A stretch of 64,000 nucleotides of DNA, from IMG/VR virus record IMGVR_UViG_3300028284_000001; one strand, 5' to 3'. The notes below the pieces were generated by a model. It saw only the letters and a list, made by a program, of their open reading frames with translations. It was not told where the DNA came from and searched no databases. The translations under genes were made by a program, and so were the position numbers. The stretch's first letter is position 1; every line of letters begins with the position of its first letter. Below, in pieces: positions 50,476 through 59,397 of this stretch. Source of the DNA: a virus.

Positions 50476-51048
50476 TTATTTTTTTGAGTTAAAAAAGAAT
50501 GTTTGAAATAGCCTGCCGTCTTCCTTAGTTTTACCGAAGTAATCTAATGACGCATGAAACATGTCGCCTTTATAGAATACGCATCTATTATATTTGTTAC
50601 CTATAACATCAACAAGTTCCCATTTGGTATAATCTTGTGCTTCGCTTTCTACGATAGCCATAAGAGATTCGTTAACTTCTCCATTAGGTAATCTAGGTGC
50701 TGATGTTAATCCAGTTGCTTTATGTTTAAATAAACCAGTTCCACCGGTTACTGGTGCGTCAGGTGTTAAGTAACAAACGCCTGCCCATTCATTCCAGCTA
50801 TCAGCATGAATCCAAGTTCTATCACTGGCAAATGTAACTTGAAAAGCTCCGGTATACCCAGGATCTTCTAGTGGTTCCATTTCAAATCCAGTAATTTCTT
50901 CTATGTATTTTACAATAGGTTCATTTAAAAACGATTTCGTTCTATGTCCCGGATAATTACCATCTATATTAAAATCTTGCTCTAATGCAAAACTTCTAAC
51001 TTCGTCCGGATTTGTGTAGAAATTATCTACGATAATTACATCTCTCAT
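50476..51048 (-). CDS. 2OG-Fe(II) oxygenase-like protein (DUF6445-like)
   Basis: IIVDNFY.NPD, NYPG.R, WIHAD, GVCYL, FHAS, RLFQTFF (HxD...H...R). Confidence 0.8.
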   Translation of the reverse strand: MRDVIIVDNFYTNPDEVRSFALEQDFNIDGNYPGHRTKSFLNEPIVKYIEEITGFEMEPLEDPGYTGAFQVTFASDRTWIHADSWNEWAGVCYLTPDAPVTGGTGLFKHKATGLTSAPRLPNGEVNESLMAIVESEAQDYTKWELVDVIGNKYNRCVFYKGDMFHASLDYFGKTKEDGRLFQTFFFNSKK

Positions 51049-52781
51049 TAATATATTGTTTTAAGTCTTTCTTCAAAAGATGGAGGAAAGAATCCTGGTT
51101 TATTTATCAGGCTTCTAAAGCACGCATCTAAAATATATGTTATAGCCCAATCATCTTTAGATCTTATTGATCGACCGGCGCCTTGTTGTATTGCAATCCC
51201 TGTTTTCCAATCATACCATCCCGGGAATGCGGTCATCTTAGCTTTCACAAGTGGATCGCCAAGAGATGGATATGGTACTTTAAAGAAGATCTGAAATCTA
51301 GACTTGTCATCTTTTAAATCTAATCCCTCTAGCAAAGAAGGTCCAACTAAGACCTTACCTTCTGATTTGTTAAACAGGTCGATTGCGCCACTCCTCTCTT
51401 TTGCCATGTCATAGCTTATTAGGTTAAAGCTGTGTTTTGATCTGGCATTAATTTCATTCATGAACTGATAGGAGCCGGCGTGAATAATTCCACTTTGTCC
51501 TTTGTGTTTCTCTAAGATCTTGTCAAGTGTTTTAATGACATGAGGGAGATTTTGTTCGCGTTCTCTAAAAGACAGTTTGTGCCTGTTAATGAAAATGATG
51601 GGGGATTTTTTGTAATCAAAATTATTACCCATTCTAATAACCCTAGCATTTCCCATTTTAGTATGTTTAGCAAATGATTTAATATCACCTAATGTTGCTG
51701 ACATAAAAACTTTAAAGCCACTTTTCTTTTGTAAGAATTTATCAATCATCATTGCCTCTTCCAAACATAAGAATTTTACTTCAGTTTCTTTTCGATCGAT
51801 AACAATTGCATCCATACCAAGATCTTTAATAATGTCATGATAGTCATCAAACTTACACCATATATCTTTTAGTCTATCGAGTCGACCAAAAAAAGTCTGC
51901 CAATCCTTAGGGACATCTCCGTTCTTATACTGTAGTTTGCTGACCTTAAGTGCTGCAGTTCTGGCCTTGCGGTAAACCTTGGCTATACCTCTGAATTCGC
52001 TGATGTGCCTCATGAGCTCTTGGTGATCGTCTTCCCGCATTAAGCGGTCAACAATGTCTTCTATTCTGTTATCAGATACCCAGGCAGCTTGTAATCCATG
52101 CTTCTGTATAAACTTGTTTACTTCTTTAAATATCTTACTGGTTGTTCTGTCTATTCTAGGACTAAAGTGTGATTGTACTATACTGTCTACCTTATGTGCC
52201 TCATCAAAGAATACAAAGTCTCTTATAGGGAATGGTACCTCTCTGTCTTGTTCTTGCATCTTATCCTCTACGTAATTCCTTTGTATTAGATAGTATGAAT
52301 AGTTGAAGAGAGCTACAGGTAGCTCCTTCGCGCGCTTTCTGCCCTGAAGATACCCACAATTATTCCAGCATGGAAGTTTCTCAGCAGCTTCATACCCAAT
52401 CCCTTTCATCTTACAATCAGCAAGTGAGAATGGAAGATCGTTTACGTTACAATTATAGTTGTCTACTCCTCTTATACTTGGCCAATTAAGTTTTAGCCTT
52501 TTAAAGTCTTCTTCATATTGATCTTGTAGCATTAGATCAGAGGTTACTAAATAACCTCTTTTACCCAGTTCTTTTAGGACGTGCGCGGACCACATAGCAA
52601 TTAATGATTTACCACTTCCAGTTGGGGCATCTAAAATAATAGTCCCTTGTGGATCTTCAATGTAATGATTACAGATAGCTTCAATAACTTCTCTTTGCCC
52701 CTCTCTGAATTTGAAATCTTTTCCAAATGTACCAGTGACCAGGGCTTCATTAATAATAGCGTCTACTCCGCGTTCCAACAT
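51048..52781 (-). CDS. DinG/YoaA-family SF2 helicase
   Basis: APTGSGKS, four Cys for an Fe-S cluster, DEAH, MSAT, EGLD, KVPYP, QGAGRSIRS..D. Confidence 0.9.
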   Translation of the reverse strand: MLERGVDAIINEALVTGTFGKDFKFREGQREVIEAICNHYIEDPQGTIILDAPTGSGKSLIAMWSAHVLKELGKRGYLVTSDLMLQDQYEEDFKRLKLNWPSIRGVDNYNCNVNDLPFSLADCKMKGIGYEAAEKLPCWNNCGYLQGRKRAKELPVALFNYSYYLIQRNYVEDKMQEQDREVPFPIRDFVFFDEAHKVDSIVQSHFSPRIDRTTSKIFKEVNKFIQKHGLQAAWVSDNRIEDIVDRLMREDDHQELMRHISEFRGIAKVYRKARTAALKVSKLQYKNGDVPKDWQTFFGRLDRLKDIWCKFDDYHDIIKDLGMDAIVIDRKETEVKFLCLEEAMMIDKFLQKKSGFKVFMSATLGDIKSFAKHTKMGNARVIRMGNNFDYKKSPIIFINRHKLSFREREQNLPHVIKTLDKILEKHKGQSGIIHAGSYQFMNEINARSKHSFNLISYDMAKERSGAIDLFNKSEGKVLVGPSLLEGLDLKDDKSRFQIFFKVPYPSLGDPLVKAKMTAFPGWYDWKTGIAIQQGAGRSIRSKDDWAITYILDACFRSLINKPGFFPPSFEERLKTIY

Positions 52782-53269
52782 ATAACCTCTTTTACTTCAA
52801 TACCTGCACGTTCTAGTAATTCTACTCCTCCCATATCTCTATAGTCTTCTGAATAGAATACTCTTGCAATACCTGCTTGAATAATTAATTTTGCGCAATC
52901 AAAACAAGGACATGTAGTTACATACATATCTGCTCCTTCTGAGCTTAATGTTGATTTGCTTACTTTTGCTAATGCATTTGATTCTGCATGTAAGACCTCT
53001 CTTTTAGTTACCTCTTTAGAGCAACATACATCATCGCATTCATAGCCCTTTTCTTCCAATACCTTCTTGTGGTTTTCATTCTCTACTTCTCTAACTTGGA
53101 TCTCCTCACAATCGTTTTCGAACTTGTGTGGCGTACCGTTATATCCAGTTGATATAACTTGTGTATCTTTAACAATGATGCAGCCTACGCGCCTTCTCTT
53201 GGCATAGGATAGTTTGGCTATTTGGTAAGCCATTTGCATATAAATTAGATCTACTGGTATTCTTGGCAT
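52763..53269 (-). CDS. cd: dCMP deaminase
   Basis: VGCIIV, GYNG, HAESNA and PCFDC zinc motifs. Confidence 0.92.
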   Translation of the reverse strand: MPRIPVDLIYMQMAYQIAKLSYAKRRRVGCIIVKDTQVISTGYNGTPHKFENDCEEIQVREVENENHKKVLEEKGYECDDVCCSKEVTKREVLHAESNALAKVSKSTLSSEGADMYVTTCPCFDCAKLIIQAGIARVFYSEDYRDMGGVELLERAGIEVKEVICWNAE

Positions 53270-53271
53270 AT

Positions 53272-53312
53272 AAAAAAGAGTCTATGTTACTATTGTTATA
53301 CATAGACTCTTT
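53272..53312 (-). terminator. Intrinsic terminator overlapping a middle-type promoter
   Basis: 12-bp stem AAAGAGTCTATG/CATAGACTCTTT plus T run; TTAAAC-N17-TATAAC at 53295-53323. Confidence 0.7.
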
Positions 53313-53341
53313 AAAAAGTTTAATTCGATGATACTCAAATA

Positions 53342-53971
53342 TTAAAACTCAAATGGGATATAATCATCATCTTTATCCATACCGTACCAGACACCTTTGT
53401 TTTGCCAGTAGATCCATCCATACTTATCGTCGATAACTACTTCAAACTTACCCTTTGGCATCTCCACGCTCTTCTTAGGAGCCCTGGCGATATGCTTAAG
53501 TACAGGTACACCATCTTCCCATGTTTTCTTAGTAGATCTAGCATCAACTATTGCGCCATCACCAAATCCATGGTGAAATTCAGCACCTTCGATCTCATCA
53601 GCTAATAACATAGTCGGAGTTTTATCTGATTCATTAACTACTGATTCGTTTTCAGGCATTACTCTTTTATACTTAGCTTGTAATTCTTTAAATTCATCTT
53701 TAAGGTTAGAAGAGATTTTCTTCTTAATACCCCAGTTATCTCCAAAGATTAGTGGAGCTACAGCGCCCATACCAGCAGTCTTAACTTGCTTCTCGTATTT
53801 TCTAGCATAAGTAGAGCTATCAAACCAGTCTAATGCAGCCTGAGCCATATCCTTAGATATCTTAACACCTTCTATTTCAGAAGTACTACCTTTAACTACC
53901 ATTTTAAATAGAGTTTTAGCAGGAGCTTGTCTTGCCTCATTTAATTCGTTTATTGACTTGATATATTTCAT
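53342..53971 (-). CDS. Two-domain putative internal head protein
   Basis: Leader MKYIKSINELNE; internal NESVVNE linker. Confidence 0.65.
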   Translation of the reverse strand: MKYIKSINELNEARQAPAKTLFKMVVKGSTSEIEGVKISKDMAQAALDWFDSSTYARKYEKQVKTAGMGAVAPLIFGDNWGIKKKISSNLKDEFKELQAKYKRVMPENESVVNESDKTPTMLLADEIEGAEFHHGFGDGAIVDARSTKKTWEDGVPVLKHIARAPKKSVEMPKGKFEVVIDDKYGWIYWQNKGVWYGMDKDDDYIPFEF

Positions 53972-53978
53972 AATTATA

Positions 53979-54656
53979 TTATTCTTTTCCAGCTCCCCAA
54001 GCTTCTTTTAATTCTTCAATCTTTTTAGAATAAGATTCTTTCATCTCATTACAGATTGCTTCATACATTTCTTGAGTCATATCTTCATCTTTAACTTCAC
54101 CATAACCTTCTTCCATTGCAGTTGCAGCAAGAGTAGCTACAAGTGCAGCATTTTCTTTCATATACATTTCTAAAGTATGATCTTGGTATTCATCTTTTTC
54201 ATAAGCACATGCAGCTTCAGAAACTTTACCATAACCTTCTGATAACATTTCTTCTACTGTAGCAGATGTTTCAGCAGGAGCAGCAGGCTCTTCAGCTTCT
54301 ACTTCTTCAGCTTCTTCAGAATCATCTTCATCATCTTCATCATCAGAATCATCTTCGTCATCAGAATCATCTTCATCATCGTCATCATCAGAATCTTCAG
54401 CAGCAGGCTCTTCAGCTTCTACTTCATCAGAATCTTCATCTTCTACTTCATCAGAATCTTCATCTTCTACTTCATCAGAATCTTCATCTTCTATTTGTTC
54501 GTCAGGTAATTCAGACGTTTCTTCGCATTCTATGCAGTTACCCTCTTCGTCGGTACCACATGGACACTCTTCGTTCTCTTCTTCAGAGATTTCATTTTTA
54601 GCATCTGCTTTTATAGTTTCAGAATACTCTTGAAATGATAATATTTTTTTAGCCAT
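53979..54656 (-). CDS. Highly acidic putative scaffold/internal head protein
   Basis: Leader MAKKILSFQEYSE; long D/E tract. Confidence 0.65.
   Translation of the reverse strand: MAKKILSFQEYSETIKADAKNEISEEENEECPCGTDEEGNCIECEETSELPDEQIEDEDSDEVEDEDSDEVEDEDSDEVEAEEPAAEDSDDDDDEDDSDDEDDSDDEDDEDDSEEAEEVEAEEPAAPAETSATVEEMLSEGYGKVSEAACAYEKDEYQDHTLEMYMKENAALVATLAATAMEEGYGEVKDEDMTQEMYEAICNEMKESYSKKIEELKEAWGAGKE
54417..54493 (-). repeat. 24-bp coding tandem repeat, 3 copies (EDEDSDEV)
   Basis: ttctacttcatcagaatcttcatc at 54417, 54441 and 54465. Confidence 0.9.
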
Positions 54657-54682
54657 GTTATATGTTTTTTATATTTATTATT

Positions 54683-55390
54683 TTAATGTGTTATTGTATG
54701 AAAAGGTACATCGATCTTACTGTAGTCTACTAGAATACCTTCTTCAGTATGTCTTAATACATCTTCAAATCCTAGCCTCTGTAAATCATCTACCATTGTA
54801 CCGATAAATGTTCCCTTACCATTTGTTTCGTCTTTATAGTTGAAGTGGTACATTGGAATTCCCATTGCAGATGCCCCTACTAATTTTATATTATCTTTTA
54901 AATGTCTTTCAGATTTACCTTCATACTGTAATTGTGTTCCCTCTTGCTGTACATCCACATTATGAGAATCTCCATCTTGTAGGGAATGAACAATATTACC
55001 AGTGTATGCAATATTTGCATATCTCCATGCCGTATTAGTACCGCCATTACTTGTTACTGTAAAGACAAAATTACCAGTACGAGATACTGTATCTACTGTC
55101 CATGTAGTTGGGTTTATAGACATCCATGACGGCATATTTATATCAGATTCTTGTGGAGTCTGTCCACCGCCGTCTCCTCCCCATTCAAAATATGCACTGT
55201 AGTTACTACCTCCGGCAATTAAGAATTCATGGTCTAAAGTACTAACATTATCAACAGGACTACCTGCAAAATTTATCCAATTAAACCAACTGTCTGCCAT
55301 CGCGTTTCCAGGATATTGATAGTTAAGTATTGTTTTAGTTAACCCATCAGGGCTAACCGCTATTAAGTATTTTATATTTGGATTTGACAT
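54683..55390 (-). CDS. Fibre-like protein with BACON-like domain and C-terminal S74 intramolecular chaperone
   Basis: PSWMSI..FTV..N..R.A.I..V.V.Q; SERHLKDNI..YHFNYK..G.M...VDYSKI. Confidence 0.7.
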   Translation of the reverse strand: MSNPNIKYLIAVSPDGLTKTILNYQYPGNAMADSWFNWINFAGSPVDNVSTLDHEFLIAGGSNYSAYFEWGGDGGGQTPQESDINMPSWMSINPTTWTVDTVSRTGNFVFTVTSNGGTNTAWRYANIAYTGNIVHSLQDGDSHNVDVQQEGTQLQYEGKSERHLKDNIKLVGASAMGIPMYHFNYKDETNGKGTFIGTMVDDLQRLGFEDVLRHTEEGILVDYSKIDVPFHTITH

Positions 55391-55404
55391 CTTGTTATTT
55401 ATTA

Positions 55405-56742
55405 TTAATTTCCACTTCCATCAGTCCATTCTATAGAACCGTCTCCAGCAATAATACCGTTATTAGCATCAGTATCATTCCATGCCGTAGACGTTACAAT
55501 TCCGGTAATTGGATTGTCATTAAGTTGTTGTGTATCATTAGTTGCACCCATTGAATCATTTGACCAGTAAAAAGTTCCCGGTACGTCAACTGCAATTAAT
55601 TCTAGTGTTAAAGAATCCGCCGGACTATTTAAGCCTTGTACTAATATGCTTTGTTGTGGACCTACCATACCAACGCCAGCATTATTCCAACTATATCTTT
55701 TAACATTTCCGGAACTAGTTGGGCTTCCTAGTAAAATAGAATTATTTACATCGTTATATCCAAATTCAAGACCGCCAGAAACTGAATCATCACTAATCAC
55801 AAAGTTTACAGACGATAACAGTGTATTATTACTATCACTATCTGTTGCATCAAAATTAATTACGAAAGTTTCAGGGCCTTCTGTTAAACCATCCGATGAT
55901 ACTTGAATCATTAAACTCGCAGTATTGTTTGTAAATACAAACGGAGATGGGCTTACTTGTGTATCATCATTACCCCAATATGAAGAATTAGATCTTACAA
56001 AATCACCAAAATCAATAAAGCCACCGTTATGTGTAATCGTGGAACCTATTGATGTACCATCAGAGACTGGATTACTAGCATTAATAGTTATAGTAACAAA
56101 AGAATTTCCATCGTTTGTTTCACTAGGGTTTCCATCATTAGCTGGCCCTCCTGTTAATACTACGCTATACAAAGGACCTCCCTGAAATTGCTGAACTACC
56201 AACGTTTCCGGTCCTAAAGTTGTACCAACTCCAGTTCCCTCGGAATTAACAGCATACGCTGTATAATAATAATCGCCAGTCGCGCTGACTGTATGGGATA
56301 AAGTATAACTTCCTAAAGAAGTTCCACCTGCAGCTACTTGTGCGTTTTGAGTATAATCTGAATTTGTTCCTATATAGAAACCTCTTTGTGTAATAGCGTT
56401 ACCATTAATAGAATCAATACTCCCGTTTAAGTCAAGATCATTATTTACAACATTTGTCGCCTGGATTGTTGTAACAGATGGAGATGAATTACCTAAACCA
56501 GATTGAGTAACTGTAAAAGATTCTACAGTAATATTATCGGAATGAGTAACTGTACATGTTGCAGTTCTTTCAGCACCAGGGTTATCTGCAACTAAAAAAT
56601 CCCAAGTATCAGTGTCAACACCGTTACTATCTTGAGCATTTGAAATAGTTATCCAATCAGCATTAGAATCACCAGATTTACTCCATGAATATGAATCATC
56701 TACTGGGAATACTGTGATTGTTTTTTGATGTGTATATGGCAT
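55405..56742 (-). CDS. Virion decoration/adhesin: BACON + FN3-like + Calx-beta-like domains
   Basis: DWITIS..NPGAERTAT; PSVTT..ITQRGF..YYYTAYAVNSEG; DGLTEGPETF; late motif 56763-56771. Confidence 0.7.
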   Translation of the reverse strand: MPYTHQKTITVFPVDDSYSWSKSGDSNADWITISNAQDSNGVDTDTWDFLVADNPGAERTATCTVTHSDNITVESFTVTQSGLGNSSPSVTTIQATNVVNNDLDLNGSIDSINGNAITQRGFYIGTNSDYTQNAQVAAGGTSLGSYTLSHTVSATGDYYYTAYAVNSEGTGVGTTLGPETLVVQQFQGGPLYSVVLTGGPANDGNPSETNDGNSFVTITINASNPVSDGTSIGSTITHNGGFIDFGDFVRSNSSYWGNDDTQVSPSPFVFTNNTASLMIQVSSDGLTEGPETFVINFDATDSDSNNTLLSSVNFVISDDSVSGGLEFGYNDVNNSILLGSPTSSGNVKRYSWNNAGVGMVGPQQSILVQGLNSPADSLTLELIAVDVPGTFYWSNDSMGATNDTQQLNDNPITGIVTSTAWNDTDANNGIIAGDGSIEWTDGSGN

Positions 56743-56785
56743 CTCTTACTTTCTTTGTTTTTTTATATATCTTCCTAATATAGTA

Positions 56786-58837
56786 TTACAGGGTTTCAAT
56801 TGCATTATCTTTCATCCACTTCTCTAGTTTCTCAACAGCAATATTAAATATTTTACTTCTGTTAATAGACATTCCAAATGAATTAAAGTATTCTTTCATC
56901 ATATAGTATGCTGGTTCTATCTCTTCTTTATTAGCAATTCGATCTTGGATATGTTTACTAACCTCATACGCAGCTTCAGCACCTACAAACACAAAAGCAG
57001 TATAACCTGTTAAGTCGTTCCAATGTAGATCTGATAATTTGTAACCTATTTCACCTAGTTCTTTTTTTCTTGCAGCTGTATCGAATTTACGATCTCCCAT
57101 TTGGTTTAACCAAAAAGACATGTAGTTAGATTCTTTACCATACATCTTTTCTACAAATCCTCCAGCAACAAGTTCTTTTATTTTAACTCCAATATACTTA
57201 GGGTATTTAATCTTTCCATACTGCTTAATAAATCTATCGTATTCGTAGTTACCGAAATATTCATTAAGGGTTTTAACAAATCCACTTTTAACAACTACTG
57301 TCTCATTTGCTTTTCTCATATCAATCCAAACTCTAATAATATCTGCATAGTCTTTAGAAGTTAAGCCCTCTTTTTCACCATGTGTAGTTTCACTATTACG
57401 ATCCCACATTTTTTGAGCAAAAGCATCGATGTTACCTTCTTTAAAAGTCATAACAGCTCTTTGAGTACCATTATCTAATAATTGAAATGTTTCTTCTTTT
57501 TCATCATGTGGATCTAATCTCCAACCAGCTGAATTATTAACTCTAATATCTAAACCACTAGAGTTACTATCAACCACAACAGTCCAAGGACCTTCTGATT
57601 GATATGTTTTACCTTTTTTATATTTGATTTTACCTTCATTAACTGATTCTTTAAGACCTAATGCTTTATTAACTAGATCTTCAATCACACTAGAGTAATC
57701 ATCCTTTAAAGCCCATTTAATTGTTTGGCCTTCACTTCTTGCTTTCTTGTTTATCCATTTAAGGTGTGTTGCATCAGTAAGAAAATCAGAAGCTTCTTTT
57801 GCAATTCCTTTTGGATCTATTTTCCATTCATCAATTGTAGTACCAAAGTTATTACCGTATGTAGAACCATTAGTTCTTTTAAGGTTATTGATTCCACCAA
57901 TCTTAATGTATATGTCATTATTAATAGGCATTGCTTCAAAGAAAACTACATCTCTTTCTTCTGGGTTGTTTTCACCAGATACTTGATCGATAGCATAAGT
58001 ACTATGAACTCTCCATGTAGGTTCGCCTTTTACATTGTACGCTGCTGAGTGTGTATCTGCACCGAATTCAGAAGCCTTTAACTTATATGCTTTAGCTTCG
58101 TTAACTGATTCAGTAAATCCTCTTTCTTTAGCATCATTCTTTACCCATTCTCTATCTTTAGATGAAAGCTTTTTAAAATCTTTATCAAATTTATGATGTG
58201 CAATTAATTCATAAACATCTTCTAATTCTACTGACTCGCTAAATAGAGTTTCTCCAGTATTAGACTCAACACTTATTACAGCATTAGGATATTGTTTTTG
58301 TAATTCATTAAATACGGCAGGAACCGCAGCTGGTGTATCAACTAATTCTTGTTTAACAACCATACCACTATTAATTACTACAATACTTACAGGATAACTT
58401 CCTTTCTTTGCAGCTTTATGGATTGCGCCTCTTTTAGCTTCACCTATTGGTTTAATGTACTTCATTTGGTTTGACTCTTTCATAGCGTCTATTTCTTTTG
58501 ATTTTTCAATTGCCCAATCAACACCTTCATCTCCACCCCAGATTAACCAGGCTACGTAGCCTCTGTCTTTCCATGGAGTTGCTTTTAATTCAGGTTTGAT
58601 TGATGAGTTTTTTCTGTGTCTATTGAATGCGGACATTCTTTTAACTGTATCTGTACTAAGGTTTTCACCTTTAGCCAGTTGATGAGCTCTTGCCCAACCT
58701 ACTGGAGTTCCAGCATCAACTTCGTCTCTACCATGTTCCTCTTTCCAGTCAATTGCCTTTTGAGCATTCTTCTTTGCAGCAGCAGGATAGTCATTCCAAG
58801 TATCTTCTTCGTTTAATACAGATTCTATGTACTTCAT
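56786..58837 (-). CDS. Multi-domain putative internal head polyprotein
   Basis: Leader MKYIESVLNE, internal MKYIKPIGE, two ESVNE and one KTLNE linker; first domain GTPVGWARAHQLA..AWLIWGG. Confidence 0.7.
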   Translation of the reverse strand: MKYIESVLNEEDTWNDYPAAAKKNAQKAIDWKEEHGRDEVDAGTPVGWARAHQLAKGENLSTDTVKRMSAFNRHRKNSSIKPELKATPWKDRGYVAWLIWGGDEGVDWAIEKSKEIDAMKESNQMKYIKPIGEAKRGAIHKAAKKGSYPVSIVVINSGMVVKQELVDTPAAVPAVFNELQKQYPNAVISVESNTGETLFSESVELEDVYELIAHHKFDKDFKKLSSKDREWVKNDAKERGFTESVNEAKAYKLKASEFGADTHSAAYNVKGEPTWRVHSTYAIDQVSGENNPEERDVVFFEAMPINNDIYIKIGGINNLKRTNGSTYGNNFGTTIDEWKIDPKGIAKEASDFLTDATHLKWINKKARSEGQTIKWALKDDYSSVIEDLVNKALGLKESVNEGKIKYKKGKTYQSEGPWTVVVDSNSSGLDIRVNNSAGWRLDPHDEKEETFQLLDNGTQRAVMTFKEGNIDAFAQKMWDRNSETTHGEKEGLTSKDYADIIRVWIDMRKANETVVVKSGFVKTLNEYFGNYEYDRFIKQYGKIKYPKYIGVKIKELVAGGFVEKMYGKESNYMSFWLNQMGDRKFDTAARKKELGEIGYKLSDLHWNDLTGYTAFVFVGAEAAYEVSKHIQDRIANKEEIEPAYYMMKEYFNSFGMSINRSKIFNIAVEKLEKWMKDNAIETL

Positions 58838-58840
58838 AGG

Positions 58841-59155
58841 TTATTTATCGCCCTCTTCTTTTTTAGTTTCTTTAGCACTTCTAATCTGAGCTTTCTTAAC
58901 TTCTACATTCTTCTTAATTGATTGCTTTTGAGCTTCAGCCTGCGCAAGTTGTACTTTCATCTTAGCAAGAGTACTTGACATTTTATCAGTAACTTTAGGC
59001 GATTGAGATAACTCTTTAGCCTTATTAGTTTCTTTCTCAATTTTGTCGTACTGTTTAGTAATAACCTTGTTAATCTTTTTAACCTTCTTTTTAATGTTAG
59101 GTTTATTCTTACGATTTTCACTAGTAAAATCTTCAAGTAATTTTATATGCTTCAT
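58841..59155 (-). CDS. Basic coiled-coil protein with MKHIK leader
   Basis: MKHIKLLEDF; Lys-rich. Confidence 0.65.
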   Translation of the reverse strand: MKHIKLLEDFTSENRKNKPNIKKKVKKINKVITKQYDKIEKETNKAKELSQSPKVTDKMSSTLAKMKVQLAQAEAQKQSIKKNVEVKKAQIRSAKETKKEEGDK

Positions 59156-59397
59156 TAGAGTTGAGTTCTTTTGATTTTATTGATCTTAAGATCTACTCTT
59201 AACATCTCCATCTTTAAATCTTCTTTTTGTAAACTAAGATTTAATAATTCATTTTTAACAGGATCCTTTTCATCTCCAAGCTTATCAGTAAGATCCTTCA
59301 TTTTATCATGAGTATCTTTAATCTTACCTTGAAGATCTCTAATCTTAGTATTATACTCAGCCTTGGTAGATTCGTATAGTGGTTTTATATGCTTCAT
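59155..59397 (-). CDS. Small coiled-coil protein with MKHIK leader
   Basis: MKHIKPLYES. Confidence 0.65.
   Translation of the reverse strand: MKHIKPLYESTKAEYNTKIRDLQGKIKDTHDKMKDLTDKLGDEKDPVKNELLNLSLQKEDLKMEMLRVDLKINKIKRTQL

Noticed and set aside
50476-53269. DNA hypermodification cluster (2OG-Fe(II) oxygenase + dCMP deaminase + helicase)
   Set aside because: No glycosyltransferase, thymidylate-synthase homologue, kinase or methylase nearby; the oxygenase does not look TET/JBP-like, so the link is unsupported.
54266-54601. Plus-strand His/Gln/Leu-rich ORF (QNLHLLLH repeats)
   Set aside because: Antisense shadow of the D/E tandem repeats in the real minus-strand gene; no promoter motif.
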